Shown here: one piece after another, positions 52,080-64,000 of the stretch
How positions within the stretch are numbered: the first letter of the stretch is position 1
Layout of the letters: each line of letters starts with the position of its first letter
Source: Cyanophora paradoxa CCMP329
Lineage: Eukaryota > Plantae > Glaucophyta
Assembly: GCA_004431415.1 (NCBI GenBank)
Contig: QPMI01000151.1
Coordinates: 750-64,749 of the forward strand
Reading direction: 5' to 3'
DNA length: 64,000 nt
The notes under the pieces: model-generated
The model's input: the letters and a program-made list of their open reading frames with translations, nothing else
Database searches by the model: none
What the model was told of the DNA's origin: nothing
Position numbers and translations under genes: made by a program

Positions 52080-53102
52080 TATTTAGTGGATCGCCCCAAA
52101 ACTTTTAGTACTATATATATAAATATGCAGCACACTAAATATTTCTAGCTCTCTAGTATTTCTTAGCCAAGGGGGTAATACCGCGCGCGCTACCAAATTA
52201 CTCCGTTATAAAAAATTTGAGCGCGGTAATTTGGCAGCGCGGTAGTGGGAAGTCAGCGAGGTATATACTGCAGTAAGCCGTACACGGTATCCTACCGGTA
52301 CGGTAGTAAGGCGGCCCCGTCGCCGGGCCATAGGCCTCGAGCTCGCGCGCGCCGGCCCATGGCCCATGGGCCATGGCCGGCCATCGGCGCGGCAGGGCGA
52401 CGTCGACCCGTCAGGTCCGTCACAACATTGACTCACAAATGGAATCCGGAATGGCCTAGTGGTGGCGACTCTCACTGGCGAGTCACTGGCGACTCACTGG
52501 CAAAAGTAATTCACAAGTTCACTGCCGCGGGGGCGCCAGTGGCGAATCACCGTGGCACTGCCGCACTGGCGCCCGGCCGGCGAATCAACCGTTGAACTTC
52601 GGAACCTGAAGTTTATTTGGTTCGAATTCCTTGCAAGGCCCTGATCTGAGCTCGAGGACTCTGCAGAGTACGTGACTGTACCGTAGTATATATATACGTT
52701 CGACACTGTTCTCAGGACTCCGCAATATATATAAATATACAGCTGAAGTTTAGCTTAAGCTAAGTTGAAGTCCGACGGTCTGGGACTCATCAAGAGAGTC
52801 TTTCCGAACTTCTCGAACTTGCCAAAAAGTTGGGAGCAGCATCTAGATCTGAGTGCGTAGACATCCGACGGTCGCCGAGTCGGTGCCGCAGTGCGTCCAC
52901 GCGTGCGCGTCGCCGCCGCAGCTAGGATGCGTACGCGTGTAGGCACTAGTACTCCCTCAGGCCTACCGTACGCGTAGTACGCCTTCCGCATCCGCTGGCT
53001 CGCATGATCACTCCCTTCAGGGCTTCTGCTATATAGCTATCTTCAAACTGCTCCGTATAATACCTCGTGCTCATTAACAATATTAATGCCTGTGTGCTGC
53101 AG

Positions 53103-56070
53103 ATCTATATCTAGATTGGGGGGACACATCCGGCGATCATGATCATGCATACGGCCACGGCGAACCGCATACGCCCCGACCATGATCTGGTCATGGTCAG
53201 AGTGAAACTGGCCGTGTTCGTGATTGGCTTCGGTAAGCGGCCCGCTCTGGCCCGGCCCGCGGCCGCATTCGCGCAGAAGTGGGGAACTCGCCTAATCGAT
53301 ATCGCAACACACCCAGGCCTCTTCATGTCGATGATGCCGGCCGCGGCTTCTTCTTTCCCAGCAGACCCTGACTCCATCCCGCACGGATCATCGGCCTTCT
53401 GCGTGGGCTCAAATGGGACTTTGACTGGACTTACTGAACTCAGCCATGAAATGGACGGTCAGTGCAATTGTATTTACGTATAGCCGATACTATATAGCTA
53501 ATTATATAATTGCAAACACCCATTCAGGCCAAGGCACCAGCGCTCGCTTCTTGTCCATCCGTTCGCTCCATCACAGCGCTACTGATGGTACGAATTGAGA
53601 ATCGATATATACATATCTAGAGTGATTTCTGTTTCGGATCCTAATCGAAGTGCATCAAGGTCACTTGTACGTCGGAGCAATCGCTGCCGTCCGAAAGGTG
53701 GACGCGACATGCACGAGCTCACCGATCGTCGGCAACAGCACGAGATCTAGTGCGCGATGCAGATCAGTTTCATTTCAGTTTCGATGCACAATTGTGTTGG
53801 AGCTCATGATTAATGCACTATCGAATTCGTGCAGTCGAGCTACTCATGCGCGCGCAACGTCGGTCCCGGAAGCTCCTTCAAAGCCCTCAGCTGCTTGTTC
53901 AAGTCAACAATTCGCTGCCAGCACTTGGGAGCACTCTGCCTGCGTTGCAGGCCATGCCGCTGTGCGTCGCTGTACCCGTATGCGTGTCCTGCTAACAATT
54001 TAAAAGGACTATTGTGTCCATGCTGCTGTTAACGCTAACAAAGGATCTGTTGTTTTCTTCTGCAGCGGCGTTTCCGGCATCGAGACTGCCGGAACCAAGC
54101 TGCTTATTTCTGTCAGCGGTCGCATAGTTGGGTGCGAATATTAATGTGCCCTGGCATCTGAGTGCACTCCTGCACAATACAATGTTCTGAATCGTGTGCA
54201 CTTCCGCACAGTCCACCGGCGATCATGGTCTATGATTCGGCGGTTTCTCCTCCGGTTGTCAAGACGATTTTCCGGCGTGCGTTGCGATTTCTTGACGCTG
54301 TAAATCGCGATTGAATCGAATTGCATGCGCAGGGAGAGGGTTCTTTCAGATCATTTTCGACGTGGAAGCCCAAGGCACTACGCCAGAAGAAGAAAAGGCG
54401 ATTGTTCGCAGAGAGCCGTTGATTGACATGCCGCTCGGCATCGCCTATGCGGATCCCTATATCTACTTCCCTACATTCAGCCTCAACATTTCGTTTGTAG
54501 CGGCGCGTCGGCGTCACCTGCTGCAAGATCAGGACGCCTCAGAACTTCTGGACCGAGCGCTGGCAGATCTTCTTGCGGAGATGGGGGCGTCTACCTCAGC
54601 CGGCTCGAGCTCGGGGCAGCGCTCTCCGTCGCGCCGGTCGCTACTCCAAGGGGGATTAGAAAGCCCTGCGCAATGGCGAGTCCTTCGTATCAAGGCCGAT
54701 GGTTTGTAACTGCGCATGCTCACAATTACGTATACTGGTTTAAAAAATTTCTGCTGGCGCCAACATCGCTGCGCGTGCATCCGCGCGCTGCAGGCACAGA
54801 GACGGATGCAACGCCGATCTGGTCTCAGGTAAATTGATCTAAAATCGTCCAATCAGTTGAAAAATATTCGATTTATTGATAATCGCTGCTTAGTTTGTCG
54901 AGAACCCTGAAATTGCTCTTCAAAATTTGATCGGAGCGGGGGGGCGCGCGGCGGTGGCCATCGACCAAGCCGGCACCAGCGCGCACCTGTACTTCGCTTT
55001 TTTGGGCACTCAGATCTACAAGGTTCCTGCATGCGCATACCTCTTGTCGAATAGAATCTGTACTTATTGCCATCTGGGTCAGCTGGACGTCTCGAACCCT
55101 TCGAGCATCGGTCAGCCGGCAGTATTCAATACAAACGTCAACATCACAGGAATCACCGACTTGACGCTTGTCAAGTACCCGTGCGCGCTCGGATCATTTC
55201 GCCATATTATACAGTTAACCGCAGCGTGACATTGCCGACTTCAATTTACCGAACGCATCACGGATGTAGGGAGGACCCCAGCTACTGGCGCTTGTTTGTC
55301 GCCGACGCCACAAATAAGACCATTTTCTCGCTGAACGCTCAGGCCGAAATCAACGTGACCGAGTCTTTCGCCGGCCCCCCAAGGTGCGAGCGTTCTTCAG
55401 CAGAGCTCGAGCTCTCTTCCAAACCATAATATTAATCAATCACTCGCAGCCCCGTGCCGTTTGAAAACCCATCCGTGATCGATGTGCCTGCATGGGGTTT
55501 GTGTCGATTAATATTTCAAACGATTACCAAATAAAATTATCTCATCTCTGAATTTCGAAGCGCGTCTAAAATCACTAATTACGTGTACCGTGGCGCAGGC
55601 ATCACCACCGTCGCAGGAGGTCGGTACCCCGCGTTCTACGCGGCCTGGAGCTCGAGTGGCGCCGGCGCACCCAAGCGAAGCCGGCGTCTGGCGCAGGGGC
55701 CCGACGCGATACTTGGGTTCACGAGTGGTGCGCGGCTTCGAGTTGAATATTAATATTATAATTAATGCTATTTCTGCTGACCATATGCATCTATGCTTAC
55801 GCATATGTGCCGTCGCCCCCCAGCTGCCATCGTGATGGCCCACCACCGTGAGCAACCCCGGCCCATGGCCAGCTCATGATCATCGGCCCATTTCTAGATC
55901 TCGTGACCCACATTCGAATTCCTCACCATGGCACAGCTCACCACGTGATCGTCACTCCGACCCCGTCCCCCTCGCGTGAGCGCCGTTTGGCCGCCGGCGC
56001 CTTGATAAATAGGGAAGAATTCGAACTCAGCCCGCGAGCGTGCGCAGCGTCTCCGAGCCCAAGCCCGAGT

Positions 56071-56102
<32 letters not shown>

Positions 56103-57370
56103 CTCACGTGAGCGCCGCCCTGTTTGCTTGATTTCGAATCGATCGGGGATACGGAATAACGCTCGCGCGCTTGGCTGACGCACATGCCATTATGTACAGC
56201 TTCGCCCTCCGAAATGCCGACCCCGAGCCCGACGGTCGCCCCGACGTCGACACCGCCCGCTGACCTTCCGCCGACGTCGACGCCTGCACCGACCCTCCCG
56301 CCGCCGACTCCCTCTCCGCTGGTGAAGAAATTCTTCTGATCATGAGCGTTAGAATTTACGTGCACAGGCTTAACGTCCGCTTTATATTGTCTGGAATGCG
56401 CAGCCTGTACCGGTCATCAACATTGTGCAAATCTCCATCAACGGCTTCACTTTCAACGTCACGGGAGCCACCGTCCAGGCGGACGGCAGCGTCAGGGTCG
56501 GGCCGTGCTGCTCACTCTGATCGAATATCGTTGGGAGCCCCGCCCACTCATTCAGTGGGTTGTGCTCAGGTTATGCTCAGCAAGCCCGTCGTGACCGCTC
56601 CCACGGTGTGATCTGGCAGAGATTTCGATATAACAACCTCGTAATTACAAACAACGTCGCTAAACTTGAAATGCTCCGCTCGCGCAGACCGGCACAAGCG
56701 GCTTCATCAGCATTTTCGGTGAGAACCTGCCCGTCGGCGAGCCCATCAAGATCTACATTGAGGACCCCGACAACCCGTCGAACAGAATCGCCGCCATTCA
56801 GGCAATCCGTTCTGTGTAATTTACTACTTGCTTGCTTCAACTCACGCGCACTTATTTCCAGCCGTCCATCGTGTCGACGAAAGAGATCCGCTTCAGGATC
56901 CCGCCGCTGAACTCGAACCGGGGCGGGAATTCGAACAGCCGCCAGCTGCGCTCGCGCCTTCTGCTGCAGCTCCTCGCCGGCAAGAACTACAACCTCCGCA
57001 TCGAGAGCGACAGCAGCACGGGCACTCCTGCCTTCCGGAGCTTCGTCCTCGGAAACGTACGCTTTAAGCTCCAACCAAATACCATCATTCTAATTATATA
57101 ATCCAACGTTCCTTTTGTACTCTTGCTGCAGGCGTTCGTGTACCAGCAGGAGACCGCGTCCGTTCCCTACTGGCCGAACGCTGCTGCTGCTGCTGCATCC
57201 TCAACCTCGACGGTGCGGGATATGCATGTAGATTCACAATCAAATAGTTTTTACTGCTGCTCGTCACTTAACGAAAGCTTGCTCGAGCTCACTGTCCATG
57301 GGGCGTCAACGCGCAGCTGTTCCTGATGGCGCTTGCGATTGCCAGCATGTGCATCATCGGAGCCGTTTGA
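53103..57370 (+). CDS. Multi-exon surface protein: NHL/propeller-like strands, RxxLLQ motifs, (SP)n stalk, IPT/TIG-like domain, hydrophobic tail (start unresolved)
   Basis: AVAIDQAGTSAHLYFA, RLFVADATNKTIFSL, RRRHLLQ, RRSLLQ, SPSPSP, GFISIFGENLPVGEPIKIYI...VSTKEIRFRIPP and QLFLMALAIASMCIIGAV*. Confidence 0.72.
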
Positions 57371-57596
57371 GGCCTCTTTTCCTAAATAAAAACACGCGCG
57401 TAATGCAGTGACCTCATGATCACGATATTGATTCATCAATGTCGCGATCGATATCGTCAGATAAATATGCTTTCGCATTTCGCTCTTTCTTTCGCTTATA
57501 CATATATATCATAGTATGTTAAATAAGACGCCGACTTCGATTTCTTTTGTTCCGAGGTTGATGGACATTGCGCCTCCAGATAGCCTTCTGTAGATT

Positions 57597-57734
57597 CGGT
57601 TTTGGTGAATTACCGGCCACAGGCTGTAGACACCAGCACTGCGGGGGCTGCCCAGGCCTAGGGGGCAGGGGGCAACGTCAAAACAAAAAGCCAAAAACGA
57701 CAATACTGATAAAAGAAGAAAGACGCAGAGACTC
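57597..57734 (-). repeat. 5'-truncated copy of the retroelement 3' terminus
   Basis: Reverse complement reads ...GGGCAGCCCCCGCAGTGCTGGTGTCTACAGCCTGTGGCCGGTAATTCACCAAAACCG. Confidence 0.9.
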
Positions 57735-58183
57735 TTAAGATCACATTGAGGTGTCTTAACGGTGCCCGGCCCCTAACGTCTGCGACGTGCGCGTGCGTAC
57801 GACGGGTGCGTAATTCGTGGAGCTCTTCGAATTCTGCCCGTCGTTGTCGACAGTGAAAGCAGAGGCGCTTGTTCAGAGAGGCGCTTGTTGGGAACCGGAA
57901 TCGGGTTCGGCACCGACGGCACAAAACGGTTCACGTAGGAATCGTTCCGAAGTTCCTCGGGGGGAGGGGGGGGGGGGAGGGGGAGGGGAGGGGGGAGGGG
58001 GAGCGGGGGTCAGGGCAAGCGAGGTTGCGCACTGCGGCATGCGTGGGGGGGGATCTCGCGACCCGACCCCCGTATTTCATCGGTTGATTTAGGCACATCT
58101 GTTTAGATCCACTATGCCACATCGCCAAAATAACATCGATATCTACGATCTGCGCTACCTCGACAAGAAAACCCGCCCCGCCC

Positions 58184-64000
<5,817 letters not shown>

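Larger units (their letters stand above)
50210..52150. repeat. ~120-bp direct repeats (50210-50330 and 51861-52150, the second interrupted) bracketing a MITE nest
   Basis: CTACCCCT.CAAATTC.CGGCTTTAGCAGGC...ATATTTAGT.GATCG...CTTTTAGTACTATA...AATATGCAGC.CACTAAATATTTCTAG is present in both. Confidence 0.8.

Noticed and set aside
50138-52893. CACTG...CAGTG (EnSpm-like) element bounded by CACTGCGGCA/TGCCGCAGTG
   Set aside because: Flanking triplets differ (CTG vs CGT) and the decamer occurs at several unrelated positions.
57597-57740. Clean full/empty insertion-site pair with 44690
   Set aside because: Homology does not resume beyond the fragment, so no TSD can be defined.

Overview
GC-rich, intron-dense eukaryotic (algal/protist-like) nuclear DNA. 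A Phe-containing transit-peptide-like N-terminus on an organellar MetRS hints at a glaucophyte/red-lineage alga (inference only). Positions 1-17.5 kb are the 3' part of a giant, intronless Ty3/Gypsy-type retroelement. Its ORF pieces join, mostly by -1 shifts, into one polyprotein of >5,300 aa that is open at the 5' end. About 3,500 aa of unrecognised sequence precede protease, RT, RNase H, a ~450-aa insert and an integrase ending in an AT-hook. Its structured 3' terminus (...GGTAATTCACCA + A-tract) recurs three more times in the window. The rest holds spliced host genes: a MYND-finger protein, three Ser/Pro-stalk surface-protein genes plus an inverted pseudogene copy, a CYP7/CYP51-like P450 head-to-head with an F-box gene, and nucleoporin NDC1 probably overlapping a MetRS antisense. 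MITE nests lie between the genes. Paired repeats reveal a recurrent mutational signature: a triplet XYZ becomes XYZ-revcomp(XYZ)-XYZ (6-bp palindromic insertion). Exon boundaries were read by eye and gene starts are approximate.
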